Positions 15,287 through 25,023 of a DNA stretch of 58,446 nt are shown one piece after another. The notes beneath the pieces were generated by a model. It was not told the origin of the DNA and ran no database searches. It saw nothing but the letters and a program-made list of their open reading frames with translations. Position 1 is the first letter of the stretch; each line of letters starts with the position of its first letter. Location: the IMG/VR virus record IMGVR_UViG_3300025597_000001, one strand, 5' to 3'. This stretch comes from a virus. Both the position numbers and the translations under genes were made by a program.

Positions 15287-16258
15287 TTATGTTGAAGTAA
15301 TCAAATTCTTTCTCTTCTCTTTCGGATAATCAGATGTTCTTCTTCTTGAGATAGCATGACAGTCTGAACATTTTACATTTGAGAATTTAGACACATTCGT
15401 ATAAGTGAATGTTCCGGTATCAAATAAATTCGTAGAACCGCAATAAGGACAGGTTTCTTCTTTATTCTCTATGTACAAAGATAGGTTTGGATGATTCTTT
15501 ATCCACGGCCTAAGTTTTAAATAAACCTGTTCAAGGATTTCAACGTCCCTCATATTATACTCTTCCATATAGTTAAGCGATTCTTGGTCTCCATTAACAC
15601 ATCTATCCCACAGTTCAAAAGAAGTCTCTTTCTTATGTTCGATATTAAAATATCCAGCAAGGTCATCAAGTTTATTGGACGTAAATCCGAATTGCTTTCG
15701 TGCAACACATAATGTGTCAATTATTCTATAAGGCGATGGTGGAGTTAACCCATTGATAACAAACCGTGCGTTCATCTTTGGCACATCAAACTTCTGGGCA
15801 TTATGAGCGATGATTATGTTGCTTTGGTCAAATAAATTCCACAAAGACTTAACAATTCTGTTGTCATTCTCTTGAAGTGCTTCTTCAGGTGATAACACGT
15901 CGCTCATCATATAGTTGTTATTTAGCCACTTCGCACTCCACGATAAAACATACCAGTCAGATAAAAATTGATTTGAACCTATATCCTGTTTCCACTTTCC
16001 CCATACGTAGGCTTTCATTGGTGCAGTTTCAATATCAAAGATAAGTATTCGTGGTGTTTTGTCTGATGATAATAAAGTATCAAGATAGTGTACTTCTTGC
16101 TCTCTGAACTTTTCTAATTTTTTATACTCTTCGTCGCTGATTCTTAATCGATAGGTCTTATTAAATGTTCGTGGTTTGAAATCAGAAATGCTTTTACCTC
16201 TTATTGAGGCTATAAACTCCATCTCTTTTACCGAGATTGAACGTCTTTTGTTTGACAT
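15287..16258 (-). CDS. DnaQ/PolB-exo-like 3'-5' exonuclease with C-terminal zinc ribbon
   Basis: 323 aa with LIFDIETAP (Exo I), IIAHNAQKFDVP (Exo II), YNMRDVEIL (Exo III) and CPYCGS...CSDCH. Confidence 0.7.
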   Translation of the reverse strand: MSNKRRSISVKEMEFIASIRGKSISDFKPRTFNKTYRLRISDEEYKKLEKFREQEVHYLDTLLSSDKTPRILIFDIETAPMKAYVWGKWKQDIGSNQFLSDWYVLSWSAKWLNNNYMMSDVLSPEEALQENDNRIVKSLWNLFDQSNIIIAHNAQKFDVPKMNARFVINGLTPPSPYRIIDTLCVARKQFGFTSNKLDDLAGYFNIEHKKETSFELWDRCVNGDQESLNYMEEYNMRDVEILEQVYLKLRPWIKNHPNLSLYIENKEETCPYCGSTNLFDTGTFTYTNVSKFSNVKCSDCHAISRRRTSDYPKEKRKNLITST

Positions 16259-16323
16259 AATTTTTATTTTAAGTTAACACTAACTAAATAAAATCACTTT
16301 TATAATTATTGTATTATATCATT

Positions 16324-17868
16324 TTATGTATCATCATTTGAACTTGTTTGTGTTATATTTTTAGCTTTTTGAATTTCCGTTTCTAACTCAGCCATCTGTT
16401 TTGCCTTTTCCTCTTTTATTATTCTATCCCATTCGCTTACGGTAGAATACATAGAAATCTTCTCAGAAGCTGTTTGTCTTGAAATGAATTTGTTCTGAAC
16501 CGCAGCTGCCAAATCTGCAACCATAGCACTTTCAGATACGTGAACATAAGGTTTTATCCACCATTTCATTGGTAGGGTTGCAAAGTCAATCGTACTCTTA
16601 ACTTCCATTCCATAACCGTGAGAGAATATCTTTACCATTTCGTTCAAAAATGGTTGATATTCATTGGCATCAATCATCGCTTTTTCATAAGCAGGAGAAT
16701 ATAATATTTTAAGTGCAGCTGCAGGAAGGTCTCCAGATTTAAGAGAAGGTGGTATAACCGTGAACGACTGTTCATATATCATCTTATATAAAGTATCAAT
16801 CTGTTTCATAAACGATTCCGAAGCATTCGGAGCATTAAGATAACCAGCCTTGTCATCTTTGCCCATCTCAAGAACCTTTATCGTACCATTCATATCAAAC
16901 TCTTTTCCAATAGCCGTCTTGCCATCCCCCTGTAAATAAAGAATAGGGAATCCGTATGCCTGATTATTCTGTGCCATCTGTGAAACTGAAAGTTCAAACT
17001 CTTCTATAGAATTTTGAGAAGGCGTCCAACAAGCACCATCGTTATCTCTCATATAAGCTACTGGTACGAATGGGAATCCGTGAGCTTTTTTACTTATAAT
17101 AGAATAACCATCTATTCCGAATATATTTAATATCCTCTGTGGAATAGTTTTAGCTGCGGATTTTTTATATCTTGTGAGATAGACTTCATCCCAAACCTCC
17201 AGCCATTCTGTGATTTGATTGCCATCTTCATCGTTGTCATAGTATGAACGTGCAAACAGTAACATTCTCCCTGTTAATGGGTCTCTATGTGGATAAAGTG
17301 TGTCTCCGTTCAGAAAAGATAGTGTTTTATATCCAAATTCACCATTATTCATAAAACCAACGAATGCAGAATCGCCGGTTATCTTGGTTGATTTTGTAGT
17401 TTCATAAAGAGCCAGTTCCATGTCTTTTTGTATCCAACCACTTCTGAATTTAAGAAACATCTCTTTTTGTTCTTCTGTCGGGTTTTTCACATTAAGCTCA
17501 AACTGAACATCATTTCCACAAAGATGTACTATTTGTTTTAGAGCGATAATTTGTTGAAATGCAAATGCAAGTCTTGGAACGCATTCTTTATAAATACGCT
17601 TTTCAGTTCCTGTTTGATTGCCGTCTTCGTCGAATATCGGGACAGTCTCTTCCTTGTAAATATCAGGATAAACGGTTGGGTCGTTAATTGTATGTCCAGA
17701 AGGATAAAACTCCCGAAGAAAATCAGCTTGCGTTACCGTCTGGAACAACATATTGTCGTTTGCTGATGAAAACGGTTCTTCCGTTGAGGTAAATCTCGAC
17801 TGCGATAGATACCCAGTAGGTGTAATACGTTTCCAAACTCTTTTTGTTTTAATGTCGATTGGTCTCAT
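16324..17868 (-). CDS. Portal protein
   Basis: 514-aa ORF in the packaging block downstream of terL. Its size and acidic C-terminus fit SPP1 gp6-type portals. No catalytic motif is expected. Confidence 0.65.
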   Translation of the reverse strand: MRPIDIKTKRVWKRITPTGYLSQSRFTSTEEPFSSANDNMLFQTVTQADFLREFYPSGHTINDPTVYPDIYKEETVPIFDEDGNQTGTEKRIYKECVPRLAFAFQQIIALKQIVHLCGNDVQFELNVKNPTEEQKEMFLKFRSGWIQKDMELALYETTKSTKITGDSAFVGFMNNGEFGYKTLSFLNGDTLYPHRDPLTGRMLLFARSYYDNDEDGNQITEWLEVWDEVYLTRYKKSAAKTIPQRILNIFGIDGYSIISKKAHGFPFVPVAYMRDNDGACWTPSQNSIEEFELSVSQMAQNNQAYGFPILYLQGDGKTAIGKEFDMNGTIKVLEMGKDDKAGYLNAPNASESFMKQIDTLYKMIYEQSFTVIPPSLKSGDLPAAALKILYSPAYEKAMIDANEYQPFLNEMVKIFSHGYGMEVKSTIDFATLPMKWWIKPYVHVSESAMVADLAAAVQNKFISRQTASEKISMYSTVSEWDRIIKEEKAKQMAELETEIQKAKNITQTSSNDDT

Positions 17869-18592
17869 TGTTTATATGATTTTTGATTCTGTTACTTGCT
17901 ATATCAAAGTATTTGTCGTCTTTTTCAATGCCTATAAATCGTCTATTGGTGTTTAGGCATGCTATACCTGTCGTGCCGCTACCCATAGCATTGTCTAAAA
18001 CAAGCTCTCCTTCGTTTGTATATGTTTTAATAAGGTACTCAAATAGTGCTACTGGTTTTTGTGTAGGATGATAACCTCTTTCTTGATTGAATTGCAGTAT
18101 ACGTGTTGGATACCTAAATCCGTCATTTACAGTTGTTGTCGGCTTCATTACAGTATCCGTTATCTCGTAATTACGTGGAGTTTTGTCTCGTTCCACTTTA
18201 TATGGTTTTCCTTCTGTAAATTGCGGATTATAAGTAGGTTGTTTTTTGTAGAACACGCATATATCTTCATAATTATTTAAAGGTCTTTTCTTTGCCATAA
18301 AAGGGTCTACGCCTTGTGGTTTCTGCCAAATCCAACAATACTTAAACATTTCAATGTTTGAATTTATTAATTTAGTTGTAAAAGGTTGACACGCTGTTAA
18401 CACTATTGCTCCGTTAGGTTTTATAATGCGTTTGTATTGTTCCCATAATTTATTAAGAGGGATAATAGAATCCCATTTGCACGCAGTTGTTCCATAAGGT
18501 AAATCGCAGATGATTGCATCTATACTCTTGTCTGGTATATCCTTCATCAACTCCAAACAATCTCCTTTCAATAATTTGATTTGTTCGTTCAT
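17849..18592 (-). CDS. DNA methyltransferase (DPPY-like, beta-class), paralogue of 50242..51012
   Basis: 247 aa with IICDLPYGT, YHPTQKPVALFEYLIKTYTNEGELVLDNAMGSGTTGIA. Confidence 0.85.
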   Translation of the reverse strand: MNEQIKLLKGDCLELMKDIPDKSIDAIICDLPYGTTACKWDSIIPLNKLWEQYKRIIKPNGAIVLTACQPFTTKLINSNIEMFKYCWIWQKPQGVDPFMAKKRPLNNYEDICVFYKKQPTYNPQFTEGKPYKVERDKTPRNYEITDTVMKPTTTVNDGFRYPTRILQFNQERGYHPTQKPVALFEYLIKTYTNEGELVLDNAMGSGTTGIACLNTNRRFIGIEKDDKYFDIASNRIKNHINNETNRH

Positions 18593-18612
18593 TCTAATTT
18601 GTTTTTAAATTA

Positions 18613-18924
18613 TTACTTATTTACTATCAAATTCCACAAATCTTCTGATGTTCTCAGTGGTATATTTTCATTATCTATCTTAACACACCCGTCTTTGTAT
18701 TTATCACCAAATTCCAACTCCCAAATAAAATAGTTTATCCACTCATTTTCATCGTTGGTTAATTCTTGCAATAGTTTAATCATTGTATCTATAATAACGT
18801 GATTGTCATATCCGGAAATATAATCGAACGGTAGAATGATTTTAAATGCCTTTAAACACTCTTTGTCTTTGTCCATCTGCTGTTTAATAGCGTTGATTGA
18901 AGAAATGAATAATTCTTTGTCCAT
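18613..18924 (-). CDS. Hypothetical protein (internal start MDKELF chosen)
   Basis: The track ORF runs to 18990 but would overlap the terL end (18935). The ATG at 18924 removes the overlap. Confidence 0.5.
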   Translation of the reverse strand: MDKELFISSINAIKQQMDKDKECLKAFKIILPFDYISGYDNHVIIDTMIKLLQELTNDENEWINYFIWELEFGDKYKDGCVKIDNENIPLRTSEDLWNLIVNK

Positions 18925-18934
18925 TTTTGTAGTT

Positions 18935-21691
18935 TTAAAATTTATTTCTATTGAAAATTGTGTTGCGGTGATAAAATTGAGGCGAAACATATTTAGTTCC
19001 TAATTTAGGAATCCCTTTACTCTTCTTCTCTTTTATTTCAAATATCATTCTCATAATCATAGCATCCATAAAGTCAGGAGAGTGTCCTACCAGTTTCTTC
19101 ATATCCACTTTCTTGATAAGCGTAAATCCTTTCTCATAAGACGTTGAATTTGCCCTTATAGCTTTTCTCTCTTCCATTAGTATTTGCCTCAACTGTACGT
19201 TCTTGTTCTTTCCAGCATCAAATCTATAATCAAGTAATGTTGGCTCTATTGATATTTCCTTATTGATTATCTTCTTTGCCAATAAATAAGCCGCCTGTGA
19301 TTTAATCGTATCGTACAGTCCCTTGTCTTCTTCCGATACCGATTCCCTATTGTTAAATGGAACTGCCCCGTTAAAGAATCCCTTAAATATCTGTCCTATA
19401 CCATTCAGGTCATAAGTGAAATTCTCTTCCAATACTCTCCATTCTTTTAGTTTAGCTTTAACTACATTTACGGTATCTTTAGAATCTTTACGGCACACAA
19501 AAAGGTCTTTTAAGTGCCATCCTTCCCACAGCCACATAACAAGATTATCACCTCCGTCGAACGCTGCATCAAGAGAAGCTCTTTTTACGCCATCACCTAT
19601 TTGTTGAGGATTATTGAAAAATGCTTCCATGTGATTCATCTTAATCATATCATCACCAACGGATTTATATTTCCAGTTTCCTTCCAAATCACGAGAGCGT
19701 TGTTCTTCGGATTGACCAGCGAGGTTAGCAAGGTAGGTCGGGTCTGAACGCATAAGTTGAATGTTATCCGCAAGACGTGCCTCAACAAAAGTTACGGATT
19801 TAACAAATAAATCGGCAGGATTCCCATATTCGGCATACGCATCTATCCATAGTTTGTCTATGATGTTTCTGCATTGTTCATAAACTTCCTGTTTACTGTT
19901 TCCCCATATTATATCCTGTACTTCATCTCCGTTCATAAAACAATATCTACGTACCCCGTCTCTTTCTTTAATAGGAAGCCCATCTTCTCCTATCCACCAG
20001 TCAATAAACTGAGCTACCCACGAATCTGGGTCAGGGTTGGCAGTACACCATATTCTATTGCGTATTCCAAACGCATTACGATTATTTGTAAGTAGGTATT
20101 TGAATTTATTATATTCCATGTGGGTGATTTCATCAATACCTATATAAGCGTATTGCTTACCCTGCATACGTATCTTAAATTCCTCGTATTTATCTGAATA
20201 ATAATTGAATTTTAGTGATGCACCACTATTAAAATTCCATGACATATCCGCTTTAGAACGATTATATGTTCCGAAGTCAGAATACACATCATAAGATGTA
20301 TCAACAAGGTCTGAAAGGTCTTCTATTTCGTGTCTCAATATTGTTGCTCTAAAATTCTTGTTTTGGTAGTCTTTTAAGGCCTCTAAAAGAAGAGAGAATG
20401 AATTGTGGGTTACGATAAAATCATTAACCAAAAAAAGAGAATCAGAGTTTTCAACTCTAATGCAACACACTTCTTCTTTTCCAACATATTCACAATCTAT
20501 TATTCTGCGACCATATTCACTTACTCCTCCGTTATATTCTCTGCATAGCTCTTTTTTTCGTGTAAGCCTGAATAATCGTTCTGAATTTGGTATTTTAATG
20601 TATATTATATAGGCATCATTGCATTGTACGTATTCACCATCTGCTGTTTTATATCCAGCCTTATTCTTACTTATCGTAGCAGTTCCACCAAGACTATTAA
20701 TCATGAACTTGACGTCTTTTGCTAATTGTTCGCTAATAGTGGTATAAGAGCAATGTCCTCGTTGGTCAATCATTCCATCAGTGTCCATTAATCCCTGAAC
20801 TAACGCAAACCGCTCTTCGATTGTTCCAAACTTGTACATATCTGGGATAAATTTACTTGCCGCAAGATGTCCACTTAAACCTATGGTCTTAATATAGTTT
20901 ACTAACTTTTCATCTTTAATGTAGTATGATGAAGCCTTGTTCCCTTTTTTATCCACCCTGTGCGCCATAGATATACCAGCTTTTACAAACTGTTGAACAA
21001 CCTCATCATCCATAGTTGTTAACGAAACAGCATTTCCGTTGTATATTGTATTTGAAACACATCCGGCACCCAAAAGAGCTCCTATTAGATATGGGTCTAT
21101 TGATTTATCTTTTTTATTGTAATTGATTGTAAATGCAACAGGATCGCAAAGGGGGACAATAAGATTATTGCTATACTTCGATTCTTTGTGCTTCTCAAAC
21201 TGAATGTGTTTGTATATCATATCTGTAGTCCACACTCTCCAATCTGCCTCTAATCCATTTCCGCCTAACTTTCTTTTTTTACTTATATAGTTAGTCTTGC
21301 GCAAAGTCCATGCGTGGTCATAAGAGCAAATAACCGAAGAACCGTCTATAAATGTCATTTTATAAACGTCTTTAACGCCATTGAATGAAATACTCCAAAC
21401 TCTCTGCATTCTACCATCTCTGCCAGTGATTATTGAGCCAGGCTTTAATTCAGAAATAGGTCTAAATCCAAACGGAGTACACACTAATGTGCTGTAAATC
21501 AGACATTTTGAGCCACCCCTCGAGCCTCCACCAAAAATAATATCCGCATTTTGAGACAGCATATTCTCCTGTCCACCACGTTGAGCAATAATTTTATATG
21601 GATTTTTCTTTTTAGCATCTTCCTTGCGAAGGTGTTCTATATAATCCCAAGAATAGAAATCTTTATCTTTTATCGTTAAAAATCTATCCAT
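18935..21691 (-). CDS. terL: Terminase large subunit, interrupted by an intein
   Basis: The extein reads ...IIFGGGSRGGSK | SFSLLLEALKDYQ... (P-loop), with YIGIDEITH (Walker B-like) and a C-terminal nuclease-sized region. The ATG at 21691 is preferred over the GTG at 21709. Confidence 0.85.
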   Translation of the reverse strand: MDRFLTIKDKDFYSWDYIEHLRKEDAKKKNPYKIIAQRGGQENMLSQNADIIFGGGSRGGSKCLIYSTLVCTPFGFRPISELKPGSIITGRDGRMQRVWSISFNGVKDVYKMTFIDGSSVICSYDHAWTLRKTNYISKKRKLGGNGLEADWRVWTTDMIYKHIQFEKHKESKYSNNLIVPLCDPVAFTINYNKKDKSIDPYLIGALLGAGCVSNTIYNGNAVSLTTMDDEVVQQFVKAGISMAHRVDKKGNKASSYYIKDEKLVNYIKTIGLSGHLAASKFIPDMYKFGTIEERFALVQGLMDTDGMIDQRGHCSYTTISEQLAKDVKFMINSLGGTATISKNKAGYKTADGEYVQCNDAYIIYIKIPNSERLFRLTRKKELCREYNGGVSEYGRRIIDCEYVGKEEVCCIRVENSDSLFLVNDFIVTHNSFSLLLEALKDYQNKNFRATILRHEIEDLSDLVDTSYDVYSDFGTYNRSKADMSWNFNSGASLKFNYYSDKYEEFKIRMQGKQYAYIGIDEITHMEYNKFKYLLTNNRNAFGIRNRIWCTANPDPDSWVAQFIDWWIGEDGLPIKERDGVRRYCFMNGDEVQDIIWGNSKQEVYEQCRNIIDKLWIDAYAEYGNPADLFVKSVTFVEARLADNIQLMRSDPTYLANLAGQSEEQRSRDLEGNWKYKSVGDDMIKMNHMEAFFNNPQQIGDGVKRASLDAAFDGGDNLVMWLWEGWHLKDLFVCRKDSKDTVNVVKAKLKEWRVLEENFTYDLNGIGQIFKGFFNGAVPFNNRESVSEEDKGLYDTIKSQAAYLLAKKIINKEISIEPTLLDYRFDAGKNKNVQLRQILMEERKAIRANSTSYEKGFTLIKKVDMKKLVGHSPDFMDAMIMRMIFEIKEKKSKGIPKLGTKYVSPQFYHRNTIFNRNKF
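20402..21505 (-). mobile_element. Intein (368 aa) with LAGLIDADG homing-endonuclease domain
   Basis: It starts with Cys (CLIYSTLVCTPFG) right after the P-loop Lys and ends ...FIVTHN, followed by Ser +1. Block B-like is SYDHAW. The two dodecapeptides are YLIGALLGAGC and LVQGLMDTDGMID. Confidence 0.85.
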
Positions 21692-21787
21692 AAATAAGAT
21701 ATTTAACACAAAAGTACTAAAACTTTTTTATAAAACAACATTTTAAGAAAAAATTTTCCACAAAACGAGGAAAAAATTAAAAAAATA

Positions 21788-21819
21788 TTTGTTATATTAA
21801 AAAAAATACATTATATTTG
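21788..21819 (+). promoter_or_regulatory. Bacteroidota-type promoter of the structural (late) operon
   Basis: TTTG at 21788-21791, then 20 nt, then TATATTTG at 21812-21819. It lies in the divergent gap between terL and the scaffold gene. Confidence 0.5.
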
Positions 21820-21843
21820 CGAGATAATTTAAACTTTAAGAAA

Positions 21844-22476
21844 ATGGATAAAGAAAAAATCTTATCTCAAATCAAGGAAAAAATTGGAAAAACCAATTTG
21901 GACGACCGTACAATAACCGATTACATTACGCTCCATTTACCAGAAGGTTCAGAACCAGATGATAAATTTTACGAAAGGGCGGTTGGTATTCTCAAGTCTA
22001 TCGAAGGAGATTTTTCTCACAAGGTAGGTAATACGGTTAAAGAACAGGTCGCAGCAAAAATTGAAGAGTTCAAAAAGAACTACAAACCCGCATCGAAAGA
22101 GGACACCCCTCAAAAAACAGACGATGCATTATTGAAGAGGCTTGAAGCACTTGAACAGGCTTACGAAAAAGAAAAGAAATTAAATATGATTAACTCTTTG
22201 CGTAACGAAGTAAAGTCGAAGGCTGAATCACTAAAGGTAGCTCGGAAACCATTATGGGAAGACATAGTATCCACTATAGAAATTCCTGATGATGCAACCG
22301 CAGATTCACTTTTAGAAATAGTTAAACCAACTTACGAGGCAAAACTAAGGTCTTATCTTGGTGACGGAGCTGTTCCTTATCAAGGAAGTCAAAATCCTCC
22401 AAAGGATGACGGAAGTCAATTAGACGAGTTTTTTGCCAAAAAGGTTGAACAAGGCAAAATGCCTAAAAAAGAATAA
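21844..22476 (+). CDS. Putative capsid scaffolding protein
   Basis: ATG at 21844 (the track start 21817 is TTG). Charged, helical and coiled-coil-like, and positioned immediately before the capsid genes. Confidence 0.5.
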   Translation: MDKEKILSQIKEKIGKTNLDDRTITDYITLHLPEGSEPDDKFYERAVGILKSIEGDFSHKVGNTVKEQVAAKIEEFKKNYKPASKEDTPQKTDDALLKRLEALEQAYEKEKKLNMINSLRNEVKSKAESLKVARKPLWEDIVSTIEIPDDATADSLLEIVKPTYEAKLRSYLGDGAVPYQGSQNPPKDDGSQLDEFFAKKVEQGKMPKKE

Positions 22477-22498
22477 TAACATTAAAAAAAATTAGATT

Positions 22499-23158
22499 AT
22501 GAGTGATTATGGAAAAAAAGAACAGACGTATGACTCTGGGAAGAACATCTGGGTAGATGTTCCAAAGGTCTATCCTGTTGGAGGTGTAATTGATACTTCC
22601 GGAATGACCATCGGGGATGTAATCCCAGCAGGCTCAATGTGTGCGTTGGATACAGCATTGGGAAAGATTAAGATTATAACTTCGGCTAATTCAAGTGGTG
22701 CAGCAGAAGTAGATACTCTTACTATCTCTGCCGGAGCTACTAAGGCTGGTAAGGTAACCGTTACTCTTGACGGGGTAGCCTATGAAATTGACGTTGCATT
22801 AGCAGATGATACCGCAGAAGAGGTTGCAGCCAAGATTGCCGCAGTAACTTTTGCAGGATGGACTGCCTCTGCTCTTGCAGGCGTTGTAACATTTACTGCT
22901 TCGGTAAAAGAAACTAAGATTGCACCAATGTTCGATGGAGGAGATACTGGTGTTGCTGGAACGTTCGTTGTTACTACTAAAGGAGAACCAGATTCAGCAA
23001 AAGTTAATGGTTTGCTGTACAATGATGTAATTGTAAACACCTATTCTACAGGAACAGTAGTTTATGAAGGACAGGTATTCGAGGATATGCTTGCAGAACC
23101 TATTCCAGCAGCAGTTAAGGCAATTTTGCCTCAGATTACTTATTTTAAACACGCTTAA
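22499..23158 (+). CDS. Putative head decoration/accessory capsid protein
   Basis: 219 aa, Ala/Thr/Val-rich, and sits directly before the major capsid gene, as gpD does before gpE in lambda. The call rests on position only. Confidence 0.4.
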   Translation: MSDYGKKEQTYDSGKNIWVDVPKVYPVGGVIDTSGMTIGDVIPAGSMCALDTALGKIKIITSANSSGAAEVDTLTISAGATKAGKVTVTLDGVAYEIDVALADDTAEEVAAKIAAVTFAGWTASALAGVVTFTASVKETKIAPMFDGGDTGVAGTFVVTTKGEPDSAKVNGLLYNDVIVNTYSTGTVVYEGQVFEDMLAEPIPAAVKAILPQITYFKHA

Positions 23159-23173
23159 AAAGGAGGATAAACA

Positions 23174-24340
23174 ATGAGAACAAACGTAAAATCATATTAT
23201 GACTTACTTGACTTCGGATTAGGCGGTGCGAGCTTTCAGCAATTTGTTGACAGATTTAAACAGAAGTATAATGCACCTCAAACTGACGGCTTTCAGTGGG
23301 ATGATGAAATTCAGTTGGATTTCACCTACGAACAGTTAGAGGCAGACTTGGGTGTTGCAACGTTACCGGTTTATACAGATATTGATTCTCCTGGTCTTTA
23401 CAAGAGCTTTGAATCTTTCAAGATTGGTTCTAATAAGATACCGCCCCAGAAACATGGATTTGCACTGAATCAAAAAATTCTTCGTGAAAAAATGATTTTG
23501 GCACAGAAATATGGAGAAGCTGCATTAACAAACGAAACTCGTGATGCACTGCTTAGTCTTCAATTTGATTCTGTAGATAAATTACTCGCAGGTAACTACA
23601 ATGGACTTACACATCAGAGAATGCGTATAGTATCTACTGGTCAGTTTACAATTGACGCAACGAACAATCCACAGGGCATTAAGGGAATAACCTTTGACTT
23701 TGGAGTTCCTGGTGGAAACAAGGAAACGCTGTCTGGAACTGCCCGTTGGTGGACTGACGCAGAACACACTACGGAAGGAGCAACAGCAGACCCGATTAAA
23801 TATCTGAAAGACAAATACAAATGGGCTAAGAAGAACGGCTATCCTATGGGTCATTTTGAAATGTCTCAAGACTTGTTCGATGACATGTTGGGACATAGCA
23901 AGGTGCTTACCCGTGTTGGACGAATGATGTTCCCGAACTCTGGTTCGGATGCATTGAGTTATGCACAGAATCTTTCAGACGATGCCGTTATTGCTGCTAT
24001 TACTCGACTGGTAGGATGTCCTATTGTACCGAGAGATTCTAAGGCAATGGTTGACAAATACGACCCTTCAACTAAGTCCCTTAAAAAAGACTGGGTTGAA
24101 AACTTCAATCCTCTGAATGTGGCTTATGTACCAGATGGACAGATTGGAACAATCAAGGCTGCACAACACGTGTTGGTTGGAGACCCTTCTGTACGGACTG
24201 CTTTATTTGACGGTGGAAGAACGCTTATTACGCAAAGATTTGAATCTCAAACTAAAAGCGTTTACATAGAGAGTGAAATTTATGCACTTTGTGTTCCGCA
24301 GGTTGCAAGATACATGTGTATTTATACCGTAACAGCTTAA
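23174..24340 (+). CDS. Major capsid protein
   Basis: 388 aa. Position (scaffold, decoration, this gene, connectors) and size are typical of HK97-fold or lambda gpE-like capsid proteins. Confidence 0.7.
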   Translation: MRTNVKSYYDLLDFGLGGASFQQFVDRFKQKYNAPQTDGFQWDDEIQLDFTYEQLEADLGVATLPVYTDIDSPGLYKSFESFKIGSNKIPPQKHGFALNQKILREKMILAQKYGEAALTNETRDALLSLQFDSVDKLLAGNYNGLTHQRMRIVSTGQFTIDATNNPQGIKGITFDFGVPGGNKETLSGTARWWTDAEHTTEGATADPIKYLKDKYKWAKKNGYPMGHFEMSQDLFDDMLGHSKVLTRVGRMMFPNSGSDALSYAQNLSDDAVIAAITRLVGCPIVPRDSKAMVDKYDPSTKSLKKDWVENFNPLNVAYVPDGQIGTIKAAQHVLVGDPSVRTALFDGGRTLITQRFESQTKSVYIESEIYALCVPQVARYMCIYTVTA

Positions 24341-24341
24341 C

Positions 24342-24731
24342 ATGGCAACAACTCAATATACTACCAGCACAATCCCCGTAGAAGCATATCTGCGGGGGTG
24401 TGTAGGTTATACCATATCTGACGAGGCATTGTTATCAATCTTTATAAAGAGAGGTGTAGAACCTCAAACTCCTGCGTTGGCACTTTCGATAAAAACACTT
24501 GATTTATGCAAGGCTGACCTTTATATTTATTGTGCAGCACTACCTAACGTTACGCCTACGATAGAAGACGCAGACGCTGGGTGGAGACATAAAGAAGGTG
24601 GTTTTCAAAAAGGCGTAACAGACAATGGTAGATTGATACAGATGGCAAATGAGATTTACAGGAAGTATGGAGAGGAAGTGGCTAAGTCAACTATCAAAAT
24701 GAACGCTTTTGGCATGAAGTTCCATGAATAA
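24342..24731 (+). CDS. Head-tail connector/adaptor candidate
   Basis: 129-aa ORF, 1 nt after the capsid stop. Confidence 0.4.
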   Translation: MATTQYTTSTIPVEAYLRGCVGYTISDEALLSIFIKRGVEPQTPALALSIKTLDLCKADLYIYCAALPNVTPTIEDADAGWRHKEGGFQKGVTDNGRLIQMANEIYRKYGEEVAKSTIKMNAFGMKFHE

Positions 24732-25023
24732 CCCAAGATTTCCACATACATGTAGTGTCTATAGAAAGACCGGTGCTACGCCGTTTGGCGATGGTTGGGA
24801 GAAAATTATTTATGAAGGAGAATGCAGGAAATACACGAATACTTCACGATTTAACGAAGTAATTATTTCAAAATATGGACTTTCAATACCGGGAACTTTA
24901 CCTGTGAAGGTTGGTGATTTATTGACAGTAACTGATGCTACAGGTACTTTTAAAGGTTCTGTAGTTGAGGTTAGTTCAGGTAACTTGGGAACGACAGTAT
25001 TTTTTAACGTAATAGGTCAATGA
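24724..25023 (+). CDS. Head closure / head-tail joining candidate
   Basis: 99 aa, overlapping neighbours by 8 and 4 nt (translational coupling). Confidence 0.4.
   Translation: MNNPRFPHTCSVYRKTGATPFGDGWEKIIYEGECRKYTNTSRFNEVIISKYGLSIPGTLPVKVGDLLTVTDATGTFKGSVVEVSSGNLGTTVFFNVIGQ

Noticed and set aside
22780-23040. Minus-strand 86-aa ORF inside the decoration-like gene (and similar ones at 23582..23896 and 26169..26486)
   Set aside because: They are antisense shadows of Ala/Thr/Val-rich structural genes and have no independent support.
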